Positions 45,620 to 54,485 of a DNA stretch of 57,741 bases are shown here, piece by piece. Both the position numbers and the translations under genes were made by a program. Origin of the DNA: a virus (lineage: Duplodnaviria; Caudoviricetes); IMG/VR virus record IMGVR_UViG_3300042983_000003, positions 1 through 57,741 of that record; one strand, given 5' to 3'. Under the pieces are notes generated by a model that did no database searches, was not told the origin of the DNA, and worked only from the letters and a program-made list of their open reading frames with translations. Numbering within the stretch: the stretch's first letter is position 1; each line of letters begins with the position of its first letter.

Positions 45620-46023
45620 CGCACCGCCGGGACGTTGCCGTGCTCGTCGATCGCCTCGTCATCGATCGCTCTCTCGAACAGCTTGCCACCGAACTGCCGG
45701 TACATCGCCTGCCGCGGGTCCACCGGCGGCGCGTTCCGGTCGGGCGCCGGGATGGGGCGCGCGAGGGTAACGCTGCAGCCCGCGGGTCCGACGCTCACCG
45801 CGGTCAGCTCGACGTCGTTCGCCTTGGCCCATGCGAGCACCGCGAGCACCGCCTCGAACGCCGCGCCAGCGTCACCATCGACTGCTGTATGGTCCGCGGC
45901 GCTCGTCTCCGGCCGGGTCGAGTGCGGCTTGCTCGAGATCACGCTCCTCTTGTAGCACCCACGCGGCGGTATTCGGTAGAATTTGTGGGGCAGCTTCCCG
46001 AAACCGGTGGTGATAGCTCTCAC
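45616..46023 (-). CDS. Hypothetical protein, start uncertain
   Basis: Protein-like only below about 45880; 5' part overlaps terminase. Confidence 0.4.
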   Translation of the reverse strand: MRAITTGFGKLPHKFYRIPPRGCYKRSVISSKPHSTRPETSAADHTAVDGDAGAAFEAVLAVLAWAKANDVELTAVSVGPAGCSVTLARPIPAPDRNAPPVDPRQAMYRQFGGKLFERAIDDEAIDEHGNVPAVR

Positions 46024-47521
46024 GATGTGCGTACAGGCTGCAATCCAGTACGTGATTTGGCGTAGTTGGGTCCTCTATTAGCTTGCCTGTGGCCGACAAG
46101 ATCGACAGCCATTGGTGCTCGCGGGCTTCTTCCAGCCATGCCCCACCGGACCTGCACCGGAGCTTCCTGTTCTTGATGTCGTTGCTCATCAGGTTGATGG
46201 CGCCGTGCTTGTTCTTCTTCGTCGCCTCCAAAATGGGCACGCCGTACCGCGTGATCCATTTCTTTGACCAGCCGGGCACGACTTCGGCCCCGCCGCCGCC
46301 GGCGTCCGCGACCGTTATCGAGATGGGCACGATGTCTCTGACCGACTTCAGGATCTCGACCTGCTGATCGGAATCCAGCTCGGTTTTCTTCCAGCTTGCG
46401 ACCTCGTACAGCACGTCATCCTGCAGCGACCATGCCCAGAGGCCGAACGCGAACGCCCCCGGCGAGTACCCGAGGTCGGCGCCGAGCACGAGGAAGTACT
46501 CGCGCTCGCCCCACTCGGGTAGATCCTCGAGCGCGCGCAGGATGTCGGGGAACCCGTCCTCGCGCAGACGCGCCGGCGCGAAGCAGAGCAGGTCCTGGTC
46601 GATGGCGTGGACCGGGTAGACGTAGGACGAATCCTCGTACGCCCACTCGCCGAGCCCCTCGCGGCGCAGGAGCGGCGAGCCGATCGGCGCGACCTCGGGC
46701 CCGCCGAGCAACTGCTGTAGCGCGAGGATGCCGGTCGTCCAGCGCGCGCCGCGGATCGCCGCCTCGAGCTCGCCGGGCGCGTGCGGCCCGCTGATCGTGT
46801 CCTTGAGCCGGGCGAGCACGAACCACTTGCCGTCGCGCTGCTCGGCGCGCCCGAAGAACGGGTTCGCGAGCAGGTTCCAGTGGTGGACGCTCCACCCCGG
46901 CATGCGCTTGCTCACCGTCGGCTGCGTGATGTCGTGAAACATCCCGTTCGCGTTTCGCTTCGGGGTGCCGGTGACCTGGAACTGCCCCCTGTAGTCGAGC
47001 AGCGTCGGCAGCATCACCTCGCGGATCGTCTGGGTCAGCGAGGTCCGCACCTTCTGGAACTCGTCCCACCAGATCTTGTGATAGGGCACGCCGAGCGCCT
47101 TGGTGACGGCCCGCTCGTCGTCGGCGCCGATCAGGTAGATCCACGAGTCGATGTCCGGGAACCGGATCGTCAGATCAGACTCGTGGCAGACCGCGTTGAG
47201 CTTGTGCTTCTCGACCAGCGCGGCCATGCCATCACCGCGCGCGCCGAACCACGCGAGCCGGCGCGCCTCGGCCCGGGTCTCGTTCAGGTAGAGGAAGCGG
47301 CCGTGCTGCGTCGTCGAGGCGCACCAAACGTAGTCCCGGTTCCCCATCCGCGTCTTGCCAGCTCGCCGGCCGCACAGCGCCGCCTTGAGCTGCGCGGGGT
47401 CATCGGCGAACGCGCGCTGTTCGTCGAACCACTCGTCCGTGAACCCGGCGACGACCGCGTCGCGCTGCTGCGCCGCCCGCATCTTGGCGATCACCGCCTC
47501 GGTACGCGCTCGATCGATCAC
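45872..47521 (-). CDS. terL: Terminase large subunit
   Basis: GRRAGKT Walker A, WWDEFQ Walker B, GTP coupling motif, GADLG and H.LD nuclease motifs. Confidence 0.95.
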   Translation of the reverse strand: MIDRARTEAVIAKMRAAQQRDAVVAGFTDEWFDEQRAFADDPAQLKAALCGRRAGKTRMGNRDYVWCASTTQHGRFLYLNETRAEARRLAWFGARGDGMAALVEKHKLNAVCHESDLTIRFPDIDSWIYLIGADDERAVTKALGVPYHKIWWDEFQKVRTSLTQTIREVMLPTLLDYRGQFQVTGTPKRNANGMFHDITQPTVSKRMPGWSVHHWNLLANPFFGRAEQRDGKWFVLARLKDTISGPHAPGELEAAIRGARWTTGILALQQLLGGPEVAPIGSPLLRREGLGEWAYEDSSYVYPVHAIDQDLLCFAPARLREDGFPDILRALEDLPEWGEREYFLVLGADLGYSPGAFAFGLWAWSLQDDVLYEVASWKKTELDSDQQVEILKSVRDIVPISITVADAGGGGAEVVPGWSKKWITRYGVPILEATKKNKHGAINLMSNDIKNRKLRCRSGGAWLEEAREHQWLSILSATGKLIEDPTTPNHVLDCSLYAHRESYHHRFREAAPQILPNTAAWVLQEERDLEQAALDPAGDERRGPYSSRW

Positions 47522-47524
47522 CCG

Positions 47525-47812
47525 TCAGTTCCCCTGCAGGTTCACCGGGGCCGGATCGACGTCGACCCCGTCCACCTTGCCGCCCAACCGCTCGATCGCG
47601 ATCCGCGCGCTGTCGCCGCACATGAAGATCCGAAGCAAACACCGCTCGCACGTCGCCTTCTGGATGTTCTCGGGGGCGCGGTGCCACGCGTCCTGTTTGA
47701 GCGCGTGACCGTGCTCGCCGCAGAACGTCCGGCCGTCGTACATCTCGACGTGGATCAGACCCGTCGCGCGGATCTCGTCGTCGGTAGGTGGCGCATCGAT
47801 CACGTCGATCAC
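47525..47812 (-). CDS. Cys/His hypothetical protein
   Basis: H...FCG...TCERC. Confidence 0.6.
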   Translation of the reverse strand: MIDVIDAPPTDDEIRATGLIHVEMYDGRTFCGEHGHALKQDAWHRAPENIQKATCERCLLRIFMCGDSARIAIERLGGKVDGVDVDPAPVNLQGN

Positions 47813-48216
47813 TCGTCGCCTCGCCCGGCACCGGGCCTCGCCTCGCTCTGGGGACTCGGAGCCATCGCGCGGCACAGCGTCCCGATCGCCGCGCGCATGG
47901 CGGCGCCCGCCTCTGCGATCTCGTGCTGCCCGGCGAGCGCACGCTTGGTGGCTGCCTCGAGCGCACGGTAGGCGACCGCGAGCGGCCCCTGCAGGAGCAC
48001 GTCACCCGGGGCCATCTGCAGCGTGTCGTGGCCGCGGTAGTGGGTTGGTGGGTTCGCGTTCTGCTGCACGTAGTCGCCAACCCTGAAGCGGTCGGCAGCC
48101 TCGGCCTCGCACTTCGCGCAGTCCGCATCACACGGACCGGCGAGACCGCTGTCACCGGGCCCGTGCTTGGGGTAGCCGAGCCGTGCGCTGAGCGTGGGTT
48201 GTTCGGGCTCGCTCAT
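47809..48216 (-). CDS. Hypothetical protein
   Basis: ATGA overlap. Confidence 0.6.
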   Translation of the reverse strand: MSEPEQPTLSARLGYPKHGPGDSGLAGPCDADCAKCEAEAADRFRVGDYVQQNANPPTHYRGHDTLQMAPGDVLLQGPLAVAYRALEAATKRALAGQHEIAEAGAAMRAAIGTLCRAMAPSPQSEARPGAGRGDE

Positions 48217-48398
48217 CCTCGGTACCCTGGCTTGTCGCCTGGCATCCCGGGACGGCCAGCGACCGGAACGCGCGCCGCCGCGATGTCGCCCGTCGGGTCC
48301 GGCGATCGGTCGTCGCTCTCGTCGGCGTTGGCGTTCGGCATCACCTTGGCGGCGGCGATCTGGCTCTCCGCCGTCTTGTCGCGCGGGACCATCGTCAC
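48213..48398 (-). CDS. Small disordered protein, paralogue B
   Basis: GGAGG RBS; AESQIAAAKVMP...PGMPGDKPGY. Confidence 0.65.
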   Translation of the reverse strand: MTMVPRDKTAESQIAAAKVMPNANADESDDRSPDPTGDIAAARVPVAGRPGMPGDKPGYRG

Positions 48399-48586
48399 TT
48401 GCCACCTCCGTAGCCCGGCAGCTTGCTCGGCGCGCCGGGGTTGCTCGGGGTCGCGGCCTCGGCGTCGCGGCACTGCTGGGTGTCGGGCGTCTTGTCGGCG
48501 CCGGTGCCGGCCTCCCACGAACTGGGCATCGCTCGGGCCGTCTTGATGTCGCTCTCTGCTTCGCTGCTGCGCTTGCTCACGGACAT
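48395..48586 (-). CDS. Small disordered protein, paralogue A
   Basis: AGGAGG RBS; AESDIKTARAMP...PGAPSKLPGY. Confidence 0.7.
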   Translation of the reverse strand: MSVSKRSSEAESDIKTARAMPSSWEAGTGADKTPDTQQCRDAEAATPSNPGAPSKLPGYGGGK

Positions 48587-48620
48587 GGGATCCTCCTGGT
48601 TCGATGGTACCGCGTCACCG

Positions 48621-48935
48621 TCACCGGGGCGGCTGTTTCTTCTTCCATGCCTCGAACGCCGCTTTCGTGATGCGGCTGACGTCGCACTGGGTCTTGCTGA
48701 CCTCGTACCGCTGCACCGGTCCGTCGCCGGTGAAGATCAGCACGACGTGGGTCGGGGTCTCCTCCACTGTGATGTGCCGGTCGGGCGCACCGGTCGCCAT
48801 CGCGCTCCACGACGACATGCCCTGCAGCGAGCCGGCCGCGCGGTAGAACGAGACGGATCCGATCATCCAGTCGTCGGGGTTGTGCTTCGGAGAGGGAGGC
48901 GGTGCGGCGGGTGGGGGCTTGGGGTCGTTGCTCAT
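48621..48935 (-). CDS. Hypothetical protein
   Basis: ATGA overlap. Confidence 0.65.
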   Translation of the reverse strand: MSNDPKPPPAAPPPSPKHNPDDWMIGSVSFYRAAGSLQGMSSWSAMATGAPDRHITVEETPTHVVLIFTGDGPVQRYEVSKTQCDVSRITKAAFEAWKKKQPPR

Positions 48936-49306
48936 GCGGTCACCGTGATGAGGTTGGAGGTCAGTTCCGCCTTCGTGTCCGGCGGGTAGATGAACGCGAT
49001 GTGCGGCTCGGTGATGATCCAGCACTTCCATGGGGTGCCATCTGGCCCCTTCTCGCCAGGCCAGAAGATCTGACCGCCTTGCACGCCTCCCTTGAACCAC
49101 ACCACGATGTCGCCGACCTTCACTTGAAGCGGCTCCGTTCCACCGCCCGTGACAATCCGGCCGTGGCCGATCGCGATCACCTCGGCCTTTACATAGGGGG
49201 TGCCGTCGAGCACCACATCCGGGATGTGGAGCCCGCCCGCGGTCAGGCGTTCGTTCTCGAGTTCGCGGAGCATCACGCGGTCATAGAGCAGCTTGTACTG
49301 AATCAC
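48932..49306 (-). CDS. groES: GroES-like co-chaperonin
   Basis: LYDRVML...TAGGLHIPD...EVIAIGHG...PLQVKVGDIV. Confidence 0.85.
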   Translation of the reverse strand: MIQYKLLYDRVMLRELENERLTAGGLHIPDVVLDGTPYVKAEVIAIGHGRIVTGGGTEPLQVKVGDIVVWFKGGVQGGQIFWPGEKGPDGTPWKCWIITEPHIAFIYPPDTKAELTSNLITVTA

Positions 49307-49491
49307 TGGGATCCTGCTTCCTTCATCTTCTCCTCGACGAGGACGCACGCGGTCGCGATCTCCATCGGAGTCGCTGCACCCCATTCCCCGTCGAAGATCT
49401 GGTTCATGACCTTGCGCGCGTGCTCGAGGTTGCCCGTCTTGAGGTCGTGTTCGATGACGGCGATCGCGTTGAGGGTCTCGTTCGCGGTCAC
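49303..49491 (-). CDS. Small helical protein
   Basis: AGGAG RBS; coupled. Confidence 0.65.
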   Translation of the reverse strand: MTANETLNAIAVIEHDLKTGNLEHARKVMNQIFDGEWGAATPMEIATACVLVEEKMKEAGSQ

Positions 49492-50006
49492 CGGGGTACT
49501 CCTGGGTCGAGGTACTCGGTCAAGGGAAGGTGCGAGCTCGCAGGGTACCGCTCGCGCATGTCCAGCGAGCTGGGTCCACGCGAGGTGCAGACGACCGCAG
49601 CCGCCGGCGTCACACCGAGGTGCGCGAGGAGCGCGGTGCCGACGCGCAACCCGTCCTTGCCACGGACGTGGATCCAGCCGTTGATCGTGCTCACGGTCTC
49701 GCGGACGTACAGGTAGTGCACCACCGGCGCCGGCTGGTCGGCGCCGAAGCACATCCATCCGAGGATCGTGCGCAGGTCGGGCGGGATGCATGCGATCAGG
49801 ACGCGCGTCTCCGGGCGCTCCATGACCCGGTCGATCGCCGCGCTCATCTCGGGCCACGTCCGCATGCCCGGGTCGCGATCGGCGATGTGGAGGTTCAGCA
49901 TCGAGCGCGTCCACGTCTTGCCCACGTACGCCTGGTCGGTGGGCGCGGCGTTGCGCAGGACGAACCCACGCGGCTGCTCGGGCGCCGTGTACGGAACGGC
50001 GGTCAC
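49488..50006 (-). CDS. GNAT-like acetyltransferase
   Basis: LRNAAPTD...ILGW...HYLYVR...RVGTALL. Confidence 0.65.
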   Translation of the reverse strand: MTAVPYTAPEQPRGFVLRNAAPTDQAYVGKTWTRSMLNLHIADRDPGMRTWPEMSAAIDRVMERPETRVLIACIPPDLRTILGWMCFGADQPAPVVHYLYVRETVSTINGWIHVRGKDGLRVGTALLAHLGVTPAAAVVCTSRGPSSLDMRERYPASSHLPLTEYLDPGVPR

Positions 50007-50302
50007 CGCGCGAACGCTCGCAGCTCGGCCGCGACCGGCGAGGTGTCCGACCACAGCGCGGTCCGCTGGTCCGGCGTGAGCTGGTCGTACAGCGCCTGCA
50101 TGCGCTTGTGGCGCTCCCACGCGATCCCGAGCGTGTAGAGCGTGTGGCCCCAGTCCCAATGGGCCGGGTGCCCATGCGGCGGCGCACCGAACCCCTCAAG
50201 CGCCATCGCCTTGGTGTACCACTTCAGCGCGGCGGCCCAGCCCGGATGCCACGTATCCGCGGTAGGCAAGGTGCGCGAGACGTGGGCCGCGACGGGTCTC
50301 AT
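50003..50302 (-). CDS. Hypothetical protein
   Basis: Coupled overlaps. Confidence 0.6.
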   Translation of the reverse strand: MRPVAAHVSRTLPTADTWHPGWAAALKWYTKAMALEGFGAPPHGHPAHWDWGHTLYTLGIAWERHKRMQALYDQLTPDQRTALWSDTSPVAAELRAFAR

Positions 50303-50718
50303 GCCGGCTCGAAGTTGTCCGCGAAGCACTTCGCCGCGACCAGCCACTGATCGGCATGGTTCTTCGGGTTCCGAGCGATCATGTCGCCGGGCTTCGGGGA
50401 CCCGGCCTCGCGATCCGGAATGCTGATCGAGATGCGTTCGTCGAGTACTTCGCCGGTCTCGTAAGGACGCAGTTCCGCAATCTGACTGCGACGGTATGGC
50501 CTGAATCCGGGCTGCGCCGAACCGGGAACAGAGACCTCCGTTAGCTCGTCGTCCATGCCGAGCACGGTCATCGTGCCGACGCGCTTCGCGAACGCCTCAT
50601 CGGTCTCGCCCCGGCGCTTGCGTGGTGTGGAGTCGATGTCGTCCATCGCGGGCTCGAAGCCATCGCCGGTCGCAAGCTCCTCGGCGGAGAGCGGGGTCTC
50701 GAAGGTGGGCTCGCTCAA
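50299..50718 (-). CDS. Phage protein with PGD-type C-terminal domain
   Basis: YRRSQIAELRPY...PKPGDMIARNP...FADNFE. Confidence 0.7.
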   Translation of the reverse strand: MSEPTFETPLSAEELATGDGFEPAMDDIDSTPRKRRGETDEAFAKRVGTMTVLGMDDELTEVSVPGSAQPGFRPYRRSQIAELRPYETGEVLDERISISIPDREAGSPKPGDMIARNPKNHADQWLVAAKCFADNFEPA

Positions 50719-51023
50719 GACAGCACCATCTTCGACGCGGTGGCCACCTGCTTGAGCGCGTCGGCGACGTCGAGGTGGACGTTCTTGCGCGTCTCCTCGC
50801 GGATCGCAGCGAGCACCGCGCTGACCACGTCGGTGGTGACCCGCTTCACGATCTCGTCGATCTGCGCGTCGGTGACGATCGATCGGTCGGGCCCGAGAAA
50901 ATGGAGCTTCATGTCGGCCATGCGCCGCTCATGCGCGAGCTGGCTCTCGGTCTGGCGCGGGCGCGGTTCACTGTCGCGCTCCGTGATCACAGGTTCGAGG
51001 TCGTCGGGGTTGTCTTGCATCAC
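50715..51023 (-). CDS. Hypothetical protein
   Basis: Coupled overlaps. Confidence 0.65.
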   Translation of the reverse strand: MMQDNPDDLEPVITERDSEPRPRQTESQLAHERRMADMKLHFLGPDRSIVTDAQIDEIVKRVTTDVVSAVLAAIREETRKNVHLDVADALKQVATASKMVLS

Positions 51024-51667
51024 TTCAGCTCCAGCAGGGCGAAGCGCTGCGCCGCCTCGTCCTCGGTGCGGGTGGTCGTCGACCGCGTCTCGTTGCGGTC
51101 CTCGTGCTCGCCGCGGAGAGCAAGCTCGTCGGCCGGGGTGCGCTGCTCGGCTAGCGCGGGGATCATCGTCGACTTGGGGCGCTTGCGCATCCCGAAGCTG
51201 CCGTCCTCACGCTCGACAAACGTGTGGTCGCTGAGCGCGGCCTGCGCGCGCATCGGCGCGTCATTCTCGAGCGGGATCGAGCATGGGTGCGCGTCGTACT
51301 CACGTAGCGCCAGTTCGGGATCCTTGTGCCGGACGCCGCTCCACCGGCACACGCAGACCGCCCACCAATGGTCCACGCCATCGAGCACGACGGGCCCGCG
51401 CAACGCCGCCGCCCGGTTCAGCGCGAGCCCGCGCCGCAGCTCGGGCCCGAGGTCGCCGCCGGCGTCGAAGTGCGCGTCACGGGCCTCCGATCGGGCCTTG
51501 TGGCGCGCGCTCACCGCCTGCATGCCGCGGAACATGCTCTCGTCGGTGGCGTCGGGCACGTCCCGCGAGTAGCTGTCGTCCTGCCGCGGGCCCGGGTCTG
51601 CCTGCTTCGGGATCAACATCGCCATCTTCGGCGGGTTGTTCGGGTTGTCGTCGTGCTCGCCGGGCAC
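51020..51667 (-). CDS. Hypothetical protein
   Basis: CVC.W.G...H motif; C-terminal RFALLELK; start uncertain. Confidence 0.6.
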   Translation of the reverse strand: MPGEHDDNPNNPPKMAMLIPKQADPGPRQDDSYSRDVPDATDESMFRGMQAVSARHKARSEARDAHFDAGGDLGPELRRGLALNRAAALRGPVVLDGVDHWWAVCVCRWSGVRHKDPELALREYDAHPCSIPLENDAPMRAQAALSDHTFVEREDGSFGMRKRPKSTMIPALAEQRTPADELALRGEHEDRNETRSTTTRTEDEAAQRFALLELK

Positions 51668-51669
51668 GT

Positions 51670-52077
51670 TCAGGCCACCGGGGTGGCGGGCTCGGCGGTC
51701 GGCTTGCCGGCGACCTTGCCGATCTCGGTCTGCAGGGTCGCGTTGGTCGCGTTGACCTGCGCGACATCGGCCTGGAGCGCGCTCAGCGTGGCGGTCGCGC
51801 TGACGTGGAGCGCGTCGAGGTCGGCCTGCGTCGGACCGGTGGCTCCGATCTGCGCGAGCAGCGACTCGATCGCGGCGACCGCGCGGCCGGTGATGTCGGC
51901 GTTGGCCTGGAGCACGGGGGCGAACTGGGCCACGAGAGTGGTGAGCGCGGCCTGGTCGGCCTGAAGGGCGGTGATGTCGAGCATGATGTGCGAGGTCCTT
52001 GCGTCGATGAGGTGAGCGATACCGACGAGCGCGAGCATGATGCCCACGCCGCCGAGAGTGATGGTCCAGTCGGTCAC
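51670..52077 (-). CDS. TM plus coiled-coil protein
   Basis: N-terminal TM, heptad pattern. Confidence 0.7.
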   Translation of the reverse strand: MTDWTITLGGVGIMLALVGIAHLIDARTSHIMLDITALQADQAALTTLVAQFAPVLQANADITGRAVAAIESLLAQIGATGPTQADLDALHVSATATLSALQADVAQVNATNATLQTEIGKVAGKPTAEPATPVA

Positions 52078-52361
52078 GCGGCTCCGTGGGCGACAACGCT
52101 TGCGATCTCCTCGAGCGACAACCGCGGCGCCTCGCGTGTCGCGCGCAACCTGCGCTTCGCTGCCCGCTGGCCAGCGATCGCCGCGGCGCGCTCGAGGCCG
52201 GCCGCGATCGCCCCCATCACCTCGGGGTCCGCGACCAGCATCGGTCCGCCGGGGCCATCGGTGCCCAGCGACACCGCGTCGGTCACCTGGTCGATCGCGA
52301 TCACGATGCACCGGCCGTCGGGCAAAATCAGCGAATCTGCTTGCGGAACCTGATCGCGCAT
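52074..52361 (-). CDS. Hypothetical protein
   Basis: Coupled to next gene. Confidence 0.6.
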   Translation of the reverse strand: MRDQVPQADSLILPDGRCIVIAIDQVTDAVSLGTDGPGGPMLVADPEVMGAIAAGLERAAAIAGQRAAKRRLRATREAPRLSLEEIASVVAHGAA

Positions 52362-52407
52362 CCCGCAAGCGAGCACGGTGGCGCGCTCGAAGTCAAGAGA
52401 AAGGTCC

Positions 52408-52489
52408 TGGGCCGTCCCGCCTACACCGCGAGAGCATCGCGGGGACTACGTGACCGGGCGACAGCTTCCGGTCCTTCACGGACGGCCCA
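52408..52489 (-). ncRNA. Putative structured RNA (three-way junction) directly 3' of tRNA-Met
   Basis: 10-bp closing stem TGGGCCGTCC/GGACGGCCCA enclosing two 6-bp hairpins. Confidence 0.4.
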
Positions 52490-52491
52490 AG

Positions 52492-52565
52492 TGGTTGCGG
52501 AACCTGGAGTTGCACCAGGACCTCCGGGTTATGAGCCCGGCGAGCTACTCGAGCTCCGTCCCGCA
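52492..52565 (-). tRNA. tRNA-Met(CAU), initiator-like
   Basis: GGG-CTCATAA-CCC anticodon arm, encoded CCA; atypical T-loop TGCAACT. Confidence 0.85.
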
Positions 52566-52657
52566 TCGAGTCGGACAAGGGTCGCGCTGGGATCATTGCA
52601 GGATAACCCAACGCTACGGCCCGACAGCTCGGGTTCTACGCGGGACCTGCGCTCACG

Positions 52658-52860
52658 TCAAGCGTCGCGGTATCCGGGCAACGCGGTCAACGCGGCGGTC
52701 AGGTTGCGACGGAACGGCAGGCGGTTGTTGAGCTGGTCCTGGAGTCTGCGGTACGTCGTCGGGTAGGCGAGGGCATCTCGAGAGCAGCCTCGGCATCCCG
52801 ACCCTCGAGGCGCCAGTCCCTCGCGAGCAGCAGCCGGTCCAGTATCTCGCTCTGGCTCAC
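52658..52860 (-). pseudogene. Small gene with apparent frameshift near 52776
   Basis: [12 protein letters not shown]...AALE, then another frame DALAYPTTYRRLQDQL...YRDA*. Confidence 0.45.
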
Positions 52861-53126
52861 CGCTGGCACCACACGCTAAGCCCGTCCTGCCGCAACGTCG
52901 CGCCACCGGTGCAGTACAGCCAGCCCGAGACCGGCGCGGACTCGGCGCTCGATCGCCGGGCCCGCGCATCGTCGAGGTCGTCCTGTGGCCGGCCGAGCAC
53001 CGGCGCGAGCTGGTACGAGCCGCCCGGTCGCGCCCCGTTGACGTACCACCCGGCTGGCGCGCGGACACTCTGCCGGCCAGCGAGGCAGGCGATCACGACG
53101 AGCAGGACGACGAGCGCGCGGGTCAT
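52857..53126 (-). CDS. Small exported/membrane-anchored protein
   Basis: GAGG RBS; [14 protein letters not shown]. Confidence 0.65.
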   Translation of the reverse strand: MTRALVVLLVVIACLAGRQSVRAPAGWYVNGARPGGSYQLAPVLGRPQDDLDDARARRSSAESAPVSGWLYCTGGATLRQDGLSVWCQR

Positions 53127-53557
53127 TCGTCCTCGCGATCTTCGGCGTCCTCGACGAGCGCACGCGCCGGCAGCTTGAGCCCGCGCTTCGCCAGCTCGGC
53201 GACCAGGTCCTCCACCGGCAGCTCCTTGAGCGCGTGGCGCTGGATCTCGGCGACGCCGGTGTCGTACTCCTCGTCGGTCAGGATGGTCGCGCCGCCCTTG
53301 AGCCGGGCCGCCAGCGCGAGCTTGGCTCGCTCGCGCTCCTCGACGAGCAGACCCTGGTAGCCGGCCTGGTACGTGCGCAGCGCGCGGCACCAATCGCGGT
53401 CCGGCACCGGGTCGCGCACCTCGCCCCCGGGCACCGCCTCGAGCTTGTCGGCGCGGTCGAGCTTGCGCACCAGCCGGTCCCGCAGGCGCTCGAGCAGGCG
53501 CAAGTTGTGCGGCGTCTCGGCGCGGAGCCACGCGCTGACGTCGGCGCTCACAGGCAT
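53123..53557 (-). CDS. Helical protein, possible small terminase
   Basis: First gene of late-type region; LTDEEY...[10 protein letters not shown]; function inferred only. Confidence 0.5.
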   Translation of the reverse strand: MPVSADVSAWLRAETPHNLRLLERLRDRLVRKLDRADKLEAVPGGEVRDPVPDRDWCRALRTYQAGYQGLLVEERERAKLALAARLKGGATILTDEEYDTGVAEIQRHALKELPVEDLVAELAKRGLKLPARALVEDAEDREDE

Positions 53558-53943
53558 CGCCTCGTCGCCGCTCGCCTGACGCTCGCCAGCCCGCTCGCTT
53601 CGACCTGGCGGATGCGCTCGCGGGTCAGGTTCAGGCGCGCTCCGGTGTCCTCGAGCGTGAGCCCGCCGATCTCCGCGACGTCGAGCGCACAGGTGTGCTC
53701 GATCTCCCACGGCTCGCGGCCGGGAAAATGAATCTTGATCGACCCGGTCTCGGGATTGATGTCGAGATAGAGGTGGTGCTTGCAGGCGACCCACGGGCAC
53801 GGTCGCGGCGCATCAGCGCAGTCGCCGCGCGTGCGAGGTCGCTCGTACAGCGCGTGCGTGGCGTCCGAAACCGCCTTGGCCTCGTCCGCCGCGCGGCGCT
53901 CCCCCGCGCGCGGCGGCAGCACGAGATCGGCAAGGGTCGGCAC
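53548..53943 (-). CDS. Cys-rich sigma-70 region-4-like HTH protein (myxobacterial type)
   Basis: RPRTRGDC...[12 protein letters not shown]...CALD...[18 protein letters not shown]. Confidence 0.85.
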   Translation of the reverse strand: MPTLADLVLPPRAGERRAADEAKAVSDATHALYERPRTRGDCADAPRPCPWVACKHHLYLDINPETGSIKIHFPGREPWEIEHTCALDVAEIGGLTLEDTGARLNLTRERIRQVEASGLASVRRAATRRCL

Positions 53944-53987
53944 CCGTTCACCCTGCCACGGCCCCCTGATGCGCGTCTACCGCGATG

Positions 53988-54107
53988 TCAGGTGACGACC
54001 GGTGGGCGCATGTCGGCCAGGCCCTGCCCGGCCAGCACCCGATCGGCCATCTCGACCAGGGCGCCGAGCACTGCAAGCTTCTTCTCGGTGCGGAGATAGT
54101 TGGCCAT
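53988..54107 (-). pseudogene. 39-aa ORF, possible internally deleted IS1-like transposase
   Basis: MANYLRTEKKLAVLGALVE|MADRVLA; resembles recalled N- and C-termini of IS1-like transposases. Confidence 0.4.
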
Positions 54108-54143
54108 GGACTATTTGTAAGACACAAATAGTCCGAGGTCAAT
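54108..54143 (-). promoter_or_regulatory. Promoter with perfect 11-bp palindromic operator
   Basis: GGACTATTTGT-N5-ACAAATAGTCC; TTGACC-N17-TACAAA-N6-ATG. Confidence 0.65.
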
Positions 54144-54156
54144 ACCGAAACCATGA

Positions 54157-54324
54157 TCAGAAAACGCGAACTATGTCGGCCTTCTTGAATGGGGCTAGCC
54201 GCGGTCTTCTTCCCTCGTTTCTTGCTGACTCCGCCTCTTCGGGGCGGCAGACAGCCACAACATCGCCATGATCCTCAACCACAAGACGGTCTATGTCGCC
54301 GCTCAGGGATTTCACGGTAACCAT
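54157..54324 (-). CDS. Low-GC small beta-rich protein
   Basis: MVTVKSLSGDIDRLVVED...; start could lie further upstream. Confidence 0.55.
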   Translation of the reverse strand: MVTVKSLSGDIDRLVVEDHGDVVAVCRPEEAESARNEGRRPRLAPFKKADIVRVF

Positions 54325-54431
54325 CTGATTTAGAAGATTTTTATCGTGTTGCATGATGACAGTATCCCGGTAGAAGATCCCCTTTATCAAGAATTAATCC
54401 CGGGCAATCCTTCGCTGTAGGGGCTTTACAT

Positions 54432-54485
54432 CCTGAAGACCCGGCGCTTGTACCGCCGGTGGGGTTCGACTCCCTCGCTCTCCGC
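54432..54485 (+). pseudogene. 3' half of a tRNA-Ser-like gene (att-like)
   Basis: Long variable arm GGCG...CGCC, GGTTCGACTCCC, GCTCTCCG end; no 5' half. Confidence 0.55.

Noticed and set aside
52408-52489. HDV-like (theta) ribozyme after the tRNA
   Set aside because: Pairings are nested, not a double pseudoknot; catalytic junction not identifiable
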